From an uncultured virus (IMG/VR IMGVR_UViG_2897109615_000002) (lineage: Duplodnaviria > Heunggongvirae > Uroviricota > Caudoviricetes), in the IMG/VR virus record IMGVR_UViG_2897109615_000002, positions 62,001 through 126,000 of that record: a DNA stretch of 64,000 bases, one strand, 5' to 3'. The notes under the pieces were generated by a model that was not told where the DNA came from, did not search any database, and was given only the letters and a program-made list of their open reading frames with translations. The stretch's first letter is position 1. The number at the start of each line of letters is the position of its first letter. This document shows, piece after piece, positions 50,261-64,000 of the stretch. Position numbers and translations under genes: made by a program.

Positions 50261-52745
50261 GTGCGACCGTAAGGTCATGTAAGAAATTTTCTTTAGCAAG
50301 AAACAGGTACGATCACGTCTCCTGTCATCACTCAACTTATCCGGGAAGGAAACTGAACGGGGAGTGTAGCATGTTGAGAAAGCCATAAGTTATCGAAATA
50401 CCACGGTACGACTGAATGGCAAGATGAAAAGTTGTAAACAAGGATGAAAGCTAAACTGCTTAAACGATAGTCCGAGGTGATTAAAGGGCCATCTATAACG
50501 GAAGGTATTTATAAACGTTATACAACCAATACCCTATTGATTAATTGCATGTCAATCGGGAGTGATCTAAAGGTTGACCGTCTTCAATAAGAAGAAAAGG
50601 ACGAACGTCGCATCCGAAATTACAACGCGCTTGTTCTTACATGTGCTAAACGGTGATTACCTAAGTTGGAATGCTTAATAGCTATGGCATTTAGTGCCTG
50701 AATATCCAATAAGGTAACGGAGTTTCCGTAGTAGTCCGAGGTAGGGAAAGCCTACCACATGGCGAAGGGAAACAGCTTATCATGTCTTACACAAAAATGG
50801 AAAGGAGCGTGAGGCTCTATGAGAAGTCCACAAGTCGTGTTAGACAGTCTAGCGAGACAAACAACTCGTTCGGATTATAAATTTAAACGTCTATATAGAA
50901 ATTTGTACAACACGGAATTTTATCTCTTAGCCTATTCAAACATCTATTCTAAAGAAGGAAATATGACAGAAGGTGCCGACGGTCAAACTATCGACGGTAT
51001 GAGCCTAGAACGCATTGAGAATTTGATTAACAGTCTTAAAGATCACAGCTATCAACCAAAACCATCGAAACGAACATATATCCCAAAGAAGAACGGGAAA
51101 AAACGTCCATTGGGTATACCATCATTCGAAGATAAGTTGCTACAGGAAGTAGTGAGAATGCTTCTTTCAAGCATCTATGACAAAACGTTTTCCACAGTGT
51201 CCCACGGGTTTCGGCCTAATCGAAGTTGTCATACTGCTCTAACCCAGGCAAAAAATAAATTCACTGGTACTAAGTGGTTCATAGAAGGCGATATAAAAGG
51301 TTTCTTTGACAACATAGATCATCATATCCTTATAAACATTCTCAGAAGGAAAATTGATGACGAAAACTTTATTAGTCTCATATGGAAATTCCTCAGAGCA
51401 GGCTTTCTTGAAGATTGGGTGTATCGTAAAACTTACAGTGGAACACCTCAAGGTGGGATCATAAGCCCCATACTGTCGAATATCTACTTGAATGAACTGG
51501 ATCAGTTCATCGAGAAATATAAAACATCTTTCGACAAAGGTAATTCTCGCAAGAGATTGACAGAGTACCGCACAAAAGAAACGCGGCTCTTCCGAGCGAG
51601 AAATAAATACAAAAACAATTGGGACGACATGAACGAACAAGAAAAAGAAGATGCAATAGTTCACCTTAAACAACTTAAAAATGAAATGATGGAATTACCA
51701 TATAAAGACCCTATGGACGATGGTTTTAAAAGGTTGCAATACGTGCGATACGCTGATGATTTCATTATCGGTGTTATTGGTAGCAAAGAGGACTGTGAAA
51801 GAATTAAAAAAGACATCACAGAATATCTTATCCAAGAGCTCAAAGTCGAGCTATCTCAAGAGAAAACACTAATCACCCACTCATCCAACAGAGCAAGATT
51901 CTTGGGATATGACATAAAGGTCAGTCATGATCCTTTAACTTCAAAACGCACCAGTAGTGGACACAAGCAACGAACCAGATCAATGGTTTGTGAACTTCTT
52001 GTCCCTCATGAAGCGTGGAGAAACAAGCTTATTGAATACAAAGCGATAAGAATAGATTCGAAGAATCAGAAATGGAAATCAATGCACAGATCCCATCTTC
52101 TTCAAAATGATGACTTAGAGATCCTTGCGATATACAATGCTGAAATCAGAGGGTTATACAACTATTATCGCTTAGCAAATAATGCATACAAGCTTCATCG
52201 CTTTAGTTACATTATGGAATACAGCATGTACAAAACATTTGCTTGTAAGTACAAATCAAGCGTTAGCAAAATCATCAGTAAGTATAGTGTGAATGGCAAA
52301 TTTGCCGTAAGGTATCAGACGAAGAATGGGCAAAGAATTTCCTACTTTTACAATGATGGGTTTAGAAAGCAAACCGAAATTTCCAAAGATATCTCTATAG
52401 ACGCCGTCCCGATGGGACGAGGAATTATTTATAATAGAACGAGTTTGATTGATAGACTTTTAGCGGAAAAATGCGAATGGTGCAATAGTACAAACGTGCC
52501 ACTTGAAATTCATCACGTTAGGAAGCTAAAAGACCTAAAAGGCAAGAAAAGATGGGAAAAGCGCATGGTTGAAAGAAAACGTAAAACCATGGCGCTTTGT
52601 AAAGACTGCCATCTCAAATTGCACAACGGAAAGCTAGATTGATAAGTGGAGAGCCGTATACATCGAGAGGTGTACGTACGGTTCGGAGAGGAGTTCTTGG
52701 AAACCTAGCATAGAGATATGCCAAGGCGCCGGGTTCTTACTCTAC
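50261..52745 (+). mobile_element. Group II intron (IIA, Ll.LtrB-like), 2485 nt
   Basis: 5' GTGCG at 50261; domain V GAGCCGTATACATC-GAGA-GGTGTACGTACGGTTC (52651-52684); 3' end CTCTAC at 52745; removal restores GLMQ-LMP in frame. Confidence 0.96.
50819..52642 (+). CDS. ltrA: Intron-encoded reverse transcriptase/maturase/HNH endonuclease
   Basis: KRPLGIP, GTPQGG, RYADD, X domain, C-terminal CEWC...HH...CKDCH. Confidence 0.96.
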   Translation: MRSPQVVLDSLARQTTRSDYKFKRLYRNLYNTEFYLLAYSNIYSKEGNMTEGADGQTIDGMSLERIENLINSLKDHSYQPKPSKRTYIPKKNGKKRPLGIPSFEDKLLQEVVRMLLSSIYDKTFSTVSHGFRPNRSCHTALTQAKNKFTGTKWFIEGDIKGFFDNIDHHILINILRRKIDDENFISLIWKFLRAGFLEDWVYRKTYSGTPQGGIISPILSNIYLNELDQFIEKYKTSFDKGNSRKRLTEYRTKETRLFRARNKYKNNWDDMNEQEKEDAIVHLKQLKNEMMELPYKDPMDDGFKRLQYVRYADDFIIGVIGSKEDCERIKKDITEYLIQELKVELSQEKTLITHSSNRARFLGYDIKVSHDPLTSKRTSSGHKQRTRSMVCELLVPHEAWRNKLIEYKAIRIDSKNQKWKSMHRSHLLQNDDLEILAIYNAEIRGLYNYYRLANNAYKLHRFSYIMEYSMYKTFACKYKSSVSKIISKYSVNGKFAVRYQTKNGQRISYFYNDGFRKQTEISKDISIDAVPMGRGIIYNRTSLIDRLLAEKCEWCNSTNVPLEIHHVRKLKDLKGKKRWEKRMVERKRKTMALCKDCHLKLHNGKLD

Positions 52746-55235
52746 TTGATGCCATCCACAGCTAAGAGCTTGGGTGTAAGCAATGTTTATGATCCTTATC
52801 AGAGCATTATGGGTGGTACGAAATATCTAGCCCAACAACTAAGCAAATTTGGTGGCAATGTTGAGAAAGCACTTGCTGCTTATAACGCAGGGCCTGGTAA
52901 TGTAATTAAATATGGCGGCGTCCCTCCCTTCAAAGAAACTCAGAATTATGTTCAGAAGATCATGTCAAACTACACCAAGTCAATGACTTCCGCTAATTCC
53001 TCCATTGCAAGCTACTACACGAAGAACAGCGCTTTTAGAATAAGTTCTAAGTATGGTGCACAAGATGGCGCTTACCGATCAACTCCACATAAAGGTGTCG
53101 ACTTCGCAGCAAAAGCTGGAACCGCAATCAAATCGGTTCAGAGTGGGAAAGTTCAAATTGCTGGCTATAGTAAAACTGCCGGTAACTGGGTTGTCATTCA
53201 GCAGGATGATGGAAAAGTTGCTAAGTATATGCATATGCTTGATACCCCTTCTGTTAAAGCCGGTCAAACTGTTAAAGCTGGTCAGACCATCGGTAAAGTT
53301 GGCAGTACGGGTAATTCAACAGGAAATCACCTTCATCTTCAAATTGAGGAAAACGGAAAGACCATTGACCCTGAGAAGTATTTAAAAGGTGTCGGTACAT
53401 CTATTTCAGATGCATCTCAAGCTGAAGCAGAACGACAGCAAGCAATAGCACAAGCCAAATCCGATCTTCTCTCCCTCCAAGGTGACATTGACTCAGTAAA
53501 CGATCAGATACAAGAGCTCAGATATGAGATCGTTCAATCGAAGCTCGATGAGTATGACAAACGTATTGGTGATTTTGATGTAAGAATCGCTAAAGACAAA
53601 GCCCTCGCTAGTCATTATCTGAGCGATAGTAAAGAGTTCCGTAAGTATACAAACGATCAGAAAAAAGCTTTAACTGAACAGCAAAAGATTCAGAGTCAGA
53701 AGGTTTCTTTTATTGAAAAAGAAATCAAAACAAACAAAACTTTGAATGCTGCTCAAAGAGCACAGCTTGCTGAGGAATTAAAACAAGCTAAGATTGATCT
53801 CATCAATTTCCAAGAAGAAGTAAGAGAACTTCAGGGACAGCTCATCCAATCCAAAGTTGATGAAACGCTTAACGGCATAGAGAAATCAACCAAGAAAACT
53901 GAATCCAAGCTTAAAGATGTTGGAAACAAAATATCCATGACCGAGGAAGATAAAGACAAGGTTAAATATTATAGCCAACAGATTAAGCTTATTCAGCAAC
54001 AGCAGACTGAAGCGAAGAAGTATATCAAACAGTTGGAAGCACAAAAGAAAGCTGCCAAAGGGTTCCCGGATATTCAGAAACAAATTACTGAAGAAATCGA
54101 GAACTGGAAAGACAAGCAGAAGGATTACAATCTGGAGCTTTACAACACAAAGAAATCAATCAAAGATGTGTACAAATCCCTTGCTGATGAAGTTGTCTCC
54201 ATCTACAAAGAGATGTACGAAAAGATGCGTGATATTGAATTAAAAGCGCATCAAAAAGCTACGCAAGACTTGATTGATGAGATTGATAAAACTGATGATG
54301 AAGCTAAATACCAAAAAGAGCTCAAAGAAAAGAATCAGGCTATTCAGGAAACCAAAGATAAACTAAACAAACTATCCCTTGATGACTCTGATGAAGCAAA
54401 ATCACAGGTTAAAGACTTGGAAAAGCAACTTCAAGAACAGCAAGAAGCATTAGATGAGTTTCTTAAAGATCGTGAAAACAGTAAACGAAAAGAATCGTTA
54501 CAAGATCAGCTTCAAAAAGATGAAGATTCAATTAACAAGAAATATGATGATCTCGTCAATGATGAGCGTGGGTTTAAGGAACTTGAGAAAAAGCTAATGG
54601 ATGGGAAGATTACTGATATTGCTAAGCAACTGAATGAATTCTCTAAGTTCATTAACAGCAATATGGAGTCCATTGGGAAAAGCATCTCTAATAACCTTAT
54701 CGATAAGCTTAAAGAAGCCTCTAATGCCCTTAATACTGTGACCAAAGGCAATAAAACTGGAAAAAAGGTATCTTCTTTTGCATCGGGTGGATACACAGGA
54801 ACAGGACTCGGCGCAGGTAAGCTCGCCTTCCTTCATGATAAAGAGCTTATCCTAAATAAAACAGATACTGAAAATATGCTTGAAACTGTAAAGCAAGTTC
54901 GCAATCTGTCTAATAACGATTTGAATAATGAAACACCTAAATGGGGGCAAGGTGGAAAATTAGCAGCTTTGATTAACAAAGGGATTACCTCTATTCCATC
55001 AATAATTCCGAATATTAATCAATCCAGTCTTTCTAATAGTTTGATACCGAGTATTCAAAGCCTCTCTTCCCCACCAGATGCTACTAAGTCAGTAAACGGC
55101 ACTGTAAACAACAATAATTTTAAAGCTACATTTAACATTAATGAATCAGAAAATCCTCAGAAAACAGCTGATTTTGTATTCAATAAATTTGCAAATGGTC
55201 TTAAAAACAAGGGCATAAATTTCAACAACTCATGA
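52746..55235 (+). CDS. yomI: Tape measure / CwlP, exon 2 (SLT C-half, M23 peptidase, coiled coil)
   Basis: LMPST...ALAAYNAGPG; HKGVD, HM and HLH M23 motifs; FASGG. Confidence 0.92.
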   Translation: MMPSTAKSLGVSNVYDPYQSIMGGTKYLAQQLSKFGGNVEKALAAYNAGPGNVIKYGGVPPFKETQNYVQKIMSNYTKSMTSANSSIASYYTKNSAFRISSKYGAQDGAYRSTPHKGVDFAAKAGTAIKSVQSGKVQIAGYSKTAGNWVVIQQDDGKVAKYMHMLDTPSVKAGQTVKAGQTIGKVGSTGNSTGNHLHLQIEENGKTIDPEKYLKGVGTSISDASQAEAERQQAIAQAKSDLLSLQGDIDSVNDQIQELRYEIVQSKLDEYDKRIGDFDVRIAKDKALASHYLSDSKEFRKYTNDQKKALTEQQKIQSQKVSFIEKEIKTNKTLNAAQRAQLAEELKQAKIDLINFQEEVRELQGQLIQSKVDETLNGIEKSTKKTESKLKDVGNKISMTEEDKDKVKYYSQQIKLIQQQQTEAKKYIKQLEAQKKAAKGFPDIQKQITEEIENWKDKQKDYNLELYNTKKSIKDVYKSLADEVVSIYKEMYEKMRDIELKAHQKATQDLIDEIDKTDDEAKYQKELKEKNQAIQETKDKLNKLSLDDSDEAKSQVKDLEKQLQEQQEALDEFLKDRENSKRKESLQDQLQKDEDSINKKYDDLVNDERGFKELEKKLMDGKITDIAKQLNEFSKFINSNMESIGKSISNNLIDKLKEASNALNTVTKGNKTGKKVSSFASGGYTGTGLGAGKLAFLHDKELILNKTDTENMLETVKQVRNLSNNDLNNETPKWGQGGKLAALINKGITSIPSIIPNINQSSLSNSLIPSIQSLSSPPDATKSVNGTVNNNNFKATFNINESENPQKTADFVFNKFANGLKNKGINFNNS

Positions 55236-55267
55236 GCCAGTGTATATGCTGGCTCTTCTTATTTTTG
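55234..55267 (+). terminator. Terminator-like hairpin
   Basis: GAGCCAG/CTGGCTC stem with T-rich tail. Confidence 0.6.
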
Positions 55268-55279
55268 AGGTGATAAAAA

Positions 55280-59352
<4,073 letters not shown>

Positions 59353-59372
59353 GAAAGGACGGTGAATTTAGT

Positions 59373-60188
59373 TTGGATTTTCCTCAGCTCTATAACGACC
59401 CTACACTTTCTCAAAAAAGGAAGGGTTCAATCGATGACCCTTATTTAAGCTATAGTGAAACTTTAACTGTTTACAATGGTCGAGTCTTACTTACAGAAGT
59501 ACCTAACCGTGAGTACAGAGTCGAGGTTAGTGGTGACAGTAAAGAATGGCGAGAAATTGAAGATGGTGAATTAGAAGACAACTACTTTAAGGTTGATTAT
59601 CTTATGGGAGTTGTCTTTTTCAATGGTTCAAATGAAGGCAAATCACTTACTTTTACATATCAAGGAGAAGGCGCATCCTTCTTCCCTGCCTCAAGAATTT
59701 GGATTAAACGACAAGGAAATATGGTCATTGAAACGCTTCAAGGCTTAATTGATGATGCTGAAGATGCCATTATTCGTATCAATGAACGTATTGCTGAATG
59801 TGAACGTGTCACCAAGCGATGTATTGAAATAACAAATTGGTGTAGACAAGCAACATCAGATTATGAATATGTAGTTGAAAACACTAGGAAGATTTACTTG
59901 CCGTTTGTGTACACCTATCAGGATTTATTAAACACTTATCCTTCCCCTCAAATTGGTTGGACTGTCACTGTAAAAGAAACAGGTATTGAATATAGATGGG
60001 ATGGTTTCGACTGGATAAATATTAGCATCTCAGATAAGTATGATGGTTTCAACATTGTTTCTAGCTATGTAGAGCCTTACAACATCAGGTCAGTATGGTT
60101 GAGAACGAACAATGCTCCCAAAAAGATGAGGATAAAACCATCTGTAGAACCCCCTGACGGAAGCATGGTTTGGATTAGAAAAGGATAA
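59373..60188 (+). CDS. yomF: YomF-like tail protein
   Basis: 271 aa; FKVDYLMG; YRWDGFDW; synteny. Confidence 0.7.
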   Translation: MDFPQLYNDPTLSQKRKGSIDDPYLSYSETLTVYNGRVLLTEVPNREYRVEVSGDSKEWREIEDGELEDNYFKVDYLMGVVFFNGSNEGKSLTFTYQGEGASFFPASRIWIKRQGNMVIETLQGLIDDAEDAIIRINERIAECERVTKRCIEITNWCRQATSDYEYVVENTRKIYLPFVYTYQDLLNTYPSPQIGWTVTVKETGIEYRWDGFDWINISISDKYDGFNIVSSYVEPYNIRSVWLRTNNAPKKMRIKPSVEPPDGSMVWIRKG

Positions 60189-60201
60189 GGAGGAGTATAT
60201 A

Positions 60202-62754
60202 TTGAACGACAATTTAATTCCCGTAAACACAATGGGTTATATGGACGAAGAAACAGAGCAATGGATACCCATTGATGCTATAGGGTTAAAATCAAATAAT
60301 ATCAGATATACTGCAGACGATATTCAAGAGGCTTTTGATAAAGCTTCTAAGGATATTAAAAACGTAATAAGCACAGTCGATTCTGGTTTAACAGATATCA
60401 CAAACACTATTGGAGACATTTCAAAAATCCCTGCCTCCGGCGCAACTGTTGTTGATAAAGTTTTAAATGAATTTATCAGACGAAGTGTTAATGTTCAGGA
60501 TTTCGGAGCTAAGGGTGACGGGGTTACTGATGACACTAAAGCTTTTGAAGCTGCTTTTGCAAGTGGGAAACGAGAGGTTTTTGTTCCTGCAGGCATTTAC
60601 ATGGTTCAAGGATTGCACATCCCCTCTTATGTCAGACTTTACGGTGTTGGTTCAGGGTCTATTATCAAACTTCATCCTTCAGCTACTGGAACATCTTGCG
60701 TTCTAACAAACAGTGACTACACTAACGGAAACGAATATATCTTAATTGAAGACTTAGACCTTGATTGGAATTTAGACAAAAAGGATAACATCATTACAAA
60801 CGGCACAAATGCAAACTGTGTGGGCATTGTTAACTCTAAATTTGTTCGGGTTAGAAACGTCAATGCTCGTAATCCAGGTGTACACGGTTTTGATGTAAGC
60901 TCCCCTGTTTGGAATTCTTCCACTGATACTAATGGAGCTGAAAAATATCAACCCAACGGTAGCAAATATGTGTGGATTGAAAATTGTACTGCAACTAATT
61001 ATGGTGACGATGGCTTCACAACTCACTATTCTGATTACATCTTCTTCACTAACTGTTACGCCTATGACGCAAATGGATCTGCGCACAGCAAAGGAGCCTC
61101 GAATTCAAACGGTTTTGAAATTGATGATGGCTCTAAAAACGTGTGGCTTGTGAACTGTTACAGCCGAAAAAACTGTAGAGGTTTTGAAGTTAAGGCTCAC
61201 AACAGAGCACCAGCAGCAAGAAACGTAAACTTAATTAACTGCTATTCCGAAAATGATATCCGTGCATTTGACTTTAGACACATCGGCTTCCACCTAGCTT
61301 CTGAAAAACCCTCCCCAAATGCATTTGACATTAATGTCGTTAACTGCACTGCACAACATCCTATTTTCAGTGACCTTTATCAAGGTTTAAATCCTCGCGC
61401 ACTTGTTATTTCCGCTTATAGAAATGTCAACGTATCAAACTTCAACGCAATTGGTGACCCGACATATGATTACAAAAATACTACAGTAATCTCTACTCAA
61501 TATAAGAGCAGAAATATCAACCTAAGCAACATCACTGTTTCGGGGTTTACAACAGCAAGTAACGATATCTATGTAATCGGTGGAGCTCAAAAATCAGACA
61601 ATGTAAACATCTCAAATGTAACCATTGACCAATCTGCTTTAGTAGGTATTGCTGTTGGAAGTAAAGTTGATTCAGTTAATATCAGTAACGTTAACATGAC
61701 GGGAACAAACAAAGCAGGTTCAATAGGTGTTTATTGCACTAACTCACAGGCCAATATTAGCGCTGCGATGTGTAAACAATACGCTACTCCCAGTAAAATT
61801 GCCGGAAAAACCTACACGTTTATCCCGAATAATTTCAAAGGCGGTCTACGCGGGGCTACGACTTCTGGCTATGCTAAAACAAATACTAGTGCAGTATTAG
61901 CTTCATCGGGTGAGCCTCAAGCACTTGGGGATGCTACTTTAGTTGGTGCCACTACTGGAGGATGCGTTGCAAAGGGAACAAGAACCAACGTTTTGGTTCA
62001 TCAGGCGGAAGCTCTGTAGACGGATCTCGTAGCGGTGTTTACAACTCCAATGATTCTCACATCGAGGGGCAAAATGTATCACGTGAAATCCACGCTTCTG
62101 GCGGTGTAAAGCTTGGTGAAAATGATCGCTATATGGTGGTTGGCGGATATGGCGCTACTCCCTCTAGAGCAAATATTAAATGGATGCTAAACTCCATGAA
62201 TGGAGATATAACATCTGCAGGGAAGATGAATGGTGGAGCAACCTTTAGTGATTACGCTGAGTATTTTGAAAGCCTTGACGGAAAAGCAATTCCGACAGGG
62301 ACAATTGTCACTCTTGAAGGAGCTAAAATTCGCCCAGCGAGAAAAGGTGAAGATGTACACGGAGTAATTCCGAAACTGCAGGAACTATATTAGGCGGAGC
62401 TGATATTCACTGGCAAGGCAGGTATTTAAAGAACGAGTTCGGTGGATACATATATGAAGATGTGGTCAACCAGAAACTGGTGATGTTAAGAAACTGCCTA
62501 AAGTAAACCCTGAGTGGATTGAAAAAATAGATTACGTCCCTCGTGAAGAACGTCCTGAATGGAATATAGTAGGATTGCTTGGACAGGTTTATGTGAAAGT
62601 GGACAGTACTGTTTCTGTGGGAGATCGAATTGAAGGTAATTATGGAATCGGCACAAAAACAGAAGACAGGTTTTACTCTTGGAAGGCTATGGAGATTGTA
62701 ACTCCATATTCAGACAAGCTCGGTTATGGCATTGCCATCTGCTTAATTAAGTAA
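60202..62754 (+). CDS. Tail spike/pre-neck appendage (beta-helix plus peptidase G2 chaperone), split by three 1-nt frameshifts
   Basis: NVQDFGAKGDGVTDDT; SDYAEYFE; VPREERPEWNIVGLLGQ; frames join at about 61995, 62369 and 62470. Confidence 0.85.
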
Positions 62755-62853
62755 CCCTTAAAATTAAAGGAGGTGGTTATGTTCTAGTTAAAATATAAAT
62801 TTTATTCAATTTACAGCATTCAAAAACAGAGATAACAAGAGCATACGTGAGAT

Positions 62854-62890
62854 AAAGAGAGATTGGGATTTGTCCCCTTCTCTCTTTTTT
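62854..62890 (+). terminator. Intrinsic terminator upstream of the lysis genes
   Basis: AAAGAGAGA..GGGA/TCCC..TCTCTCTTT with T-tract. Confidence 0.65.
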
Positions 62891-62925
62891 GTGCTCAAAT
62901 TTAATTTTTAGGAGAGATGTTTAAT

Positions 62926-63825
62926 ATGGCTATTCAAGTAAGAGAAAATCTTGTCTCAACCAGCAAATACTCTATTAAGTGTCCGTATACGTTATCAGCC
63001 TCTTATATTACATTTCATAACACAGCCAATGATGCATCAGCAGACGCTGAAATTCGCTACATGATCGGCAACAACAATGAAGTTTCTTATCACTTCGCCG
63101 TTGATGATGAAGAGGTCGTCCAAGGCTTACCTACAAATCGAAACGCATGGCACACTGGTGATGGATCAGGTGCGAATTCAGGAAACCGTACTTCTATTGG
63201 TGTAGAGGTTTGCTACTCCAAATCAGGTGGAGAGCGTTACAGAAAAGCTGAAGCGTTGGCTATTAAGTTTATTGCACAACTCCTTAAAGAACGTGGCTGG
63301 GGTGTAGATCGAGTTAAAAAGCATCAAGACTGGTCTGGCAAGTACTGCCCGCATCGAGTTCTTGATGAAGGCCGTTGGAATGCTGTTAAAGCTGCTATTG
63401 CTGCTGAATTGAAAGCACTGGACGGAAATACTTCTTCCTCATCTTCAAAGCCAACAAACGTGTTGGGGTATATCAAACGCATGCAAACTCTAAAGGTGCT
63501 ACATACAGGGTTACAAATAAATGTGAAATACATTAAAAGTGCTGAACTTGGACAATCAACCCAAAGCCTAAATCCACTTCTAAGCCTAAAAGCAGTGGTA
63601 TCAAATCTGTAGGCAAAATTAAAATTGTCGGTGTACAAAGCGCTGCAATCGTTATGGACAGACCCGATAAAAAACAAAGCGAAGAATCTCGGCACTGTGA
63701 AGCTAGGTGACACACTCAGCATTTCTGGCTCAGTGAAAGGGTCAAACAATGCTAAGGGTTACTGGGAAGTTATCTACAAAGGTAAACGCGGCTACATCTC
63801 AGGACAATTTGGGTCAAAAATCTAA
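62926..63825 (+). CDS. blyA: N-acetylmuramoyl-L-alanine amidase endolysin (BlyA-like), frameshifted in the C-terminal half
   Basis: HNTAND, YHFAVD, HQDWSGKYCP; C-terminus GIKSVGKIKIVGV...GYWEVIYKGKRGYISGQFG found in other frames. Confidence 0.85.
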
Positions 63826-63915
63826 ATATATTTAGGATGATTGTAGCTCAAATCAATAATTATTTAGGAGGTGATGTGTCATTACCTCCTATTTTTTATG
63901 GAGGATGATTGCATT

Positions 63916-64000
63916 GTGGCTGAAAAAAAATTATGAAGTTTTAAAGACCGAGGTCGCTCATATAAAAGAACGTCTTAAAGAACAAGCAGAAGATAGAAAA
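63916..64000 (+). CDS. Lysis-module gene (holin-related by position), partial, frameshift in an A8 run
   Basis: GGAGG RBS plus GTG; removing one A gives AEKNYEVLKTEVAHIKERLKEQAEDRK. Confidence 0.45.

Noticed and set aside
45800..50272. ORF-track call of two independent tail genes
   Set aside because: They are exons of one gene; the real start is TTG 45860 and exon 1 ends at 50260
50819..52642. Reverse transcriptase as a DGR, retron or Abi system
   Set aside because: It has maturase and HNH domains and sits within canonical group II intron boundaries; no TR/VR pair was seen

Overview
An AT-rich 64 kb piece of an SPbeta-like Bacillus (pro)phage. The left part (1-17.4 kb, mostly minus strand) is an accessory/early region. 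It holds many small cassette-like ORFs separated by a repeated AT motif, an acyltransferase-3 moron, a DUF4942-type adenine methyltransferase, a YonV-like helicase, a yonT/yoyJ/SR6-like type I toxin-antitoxin locus, a ~0.9 kb non-coding locus with mirror-image G/C skew, and a TubR/TubZ-like pair. The right part (plus strand) carries a CoiA-like nuclease, a YonO-like single-subunit RNA polymerase and HU, then a ~1.6 kb ORF-poor, densely base-paired stretch (candidate large ncRNA), then head, tail and lysis modules. The tape-measure/lytic transglycosylase gene (yomI/cwlP) is interrupted by an intact group IIA intron inserted exactly in the GLMQ|LMP motif. Several homopolymer frameshifts, mostly in the last 2 kb, may be sequencing errors. 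Family and gene-name calls come from motif recognition, remembered SPbeta sequences and gene order; no searches were run.
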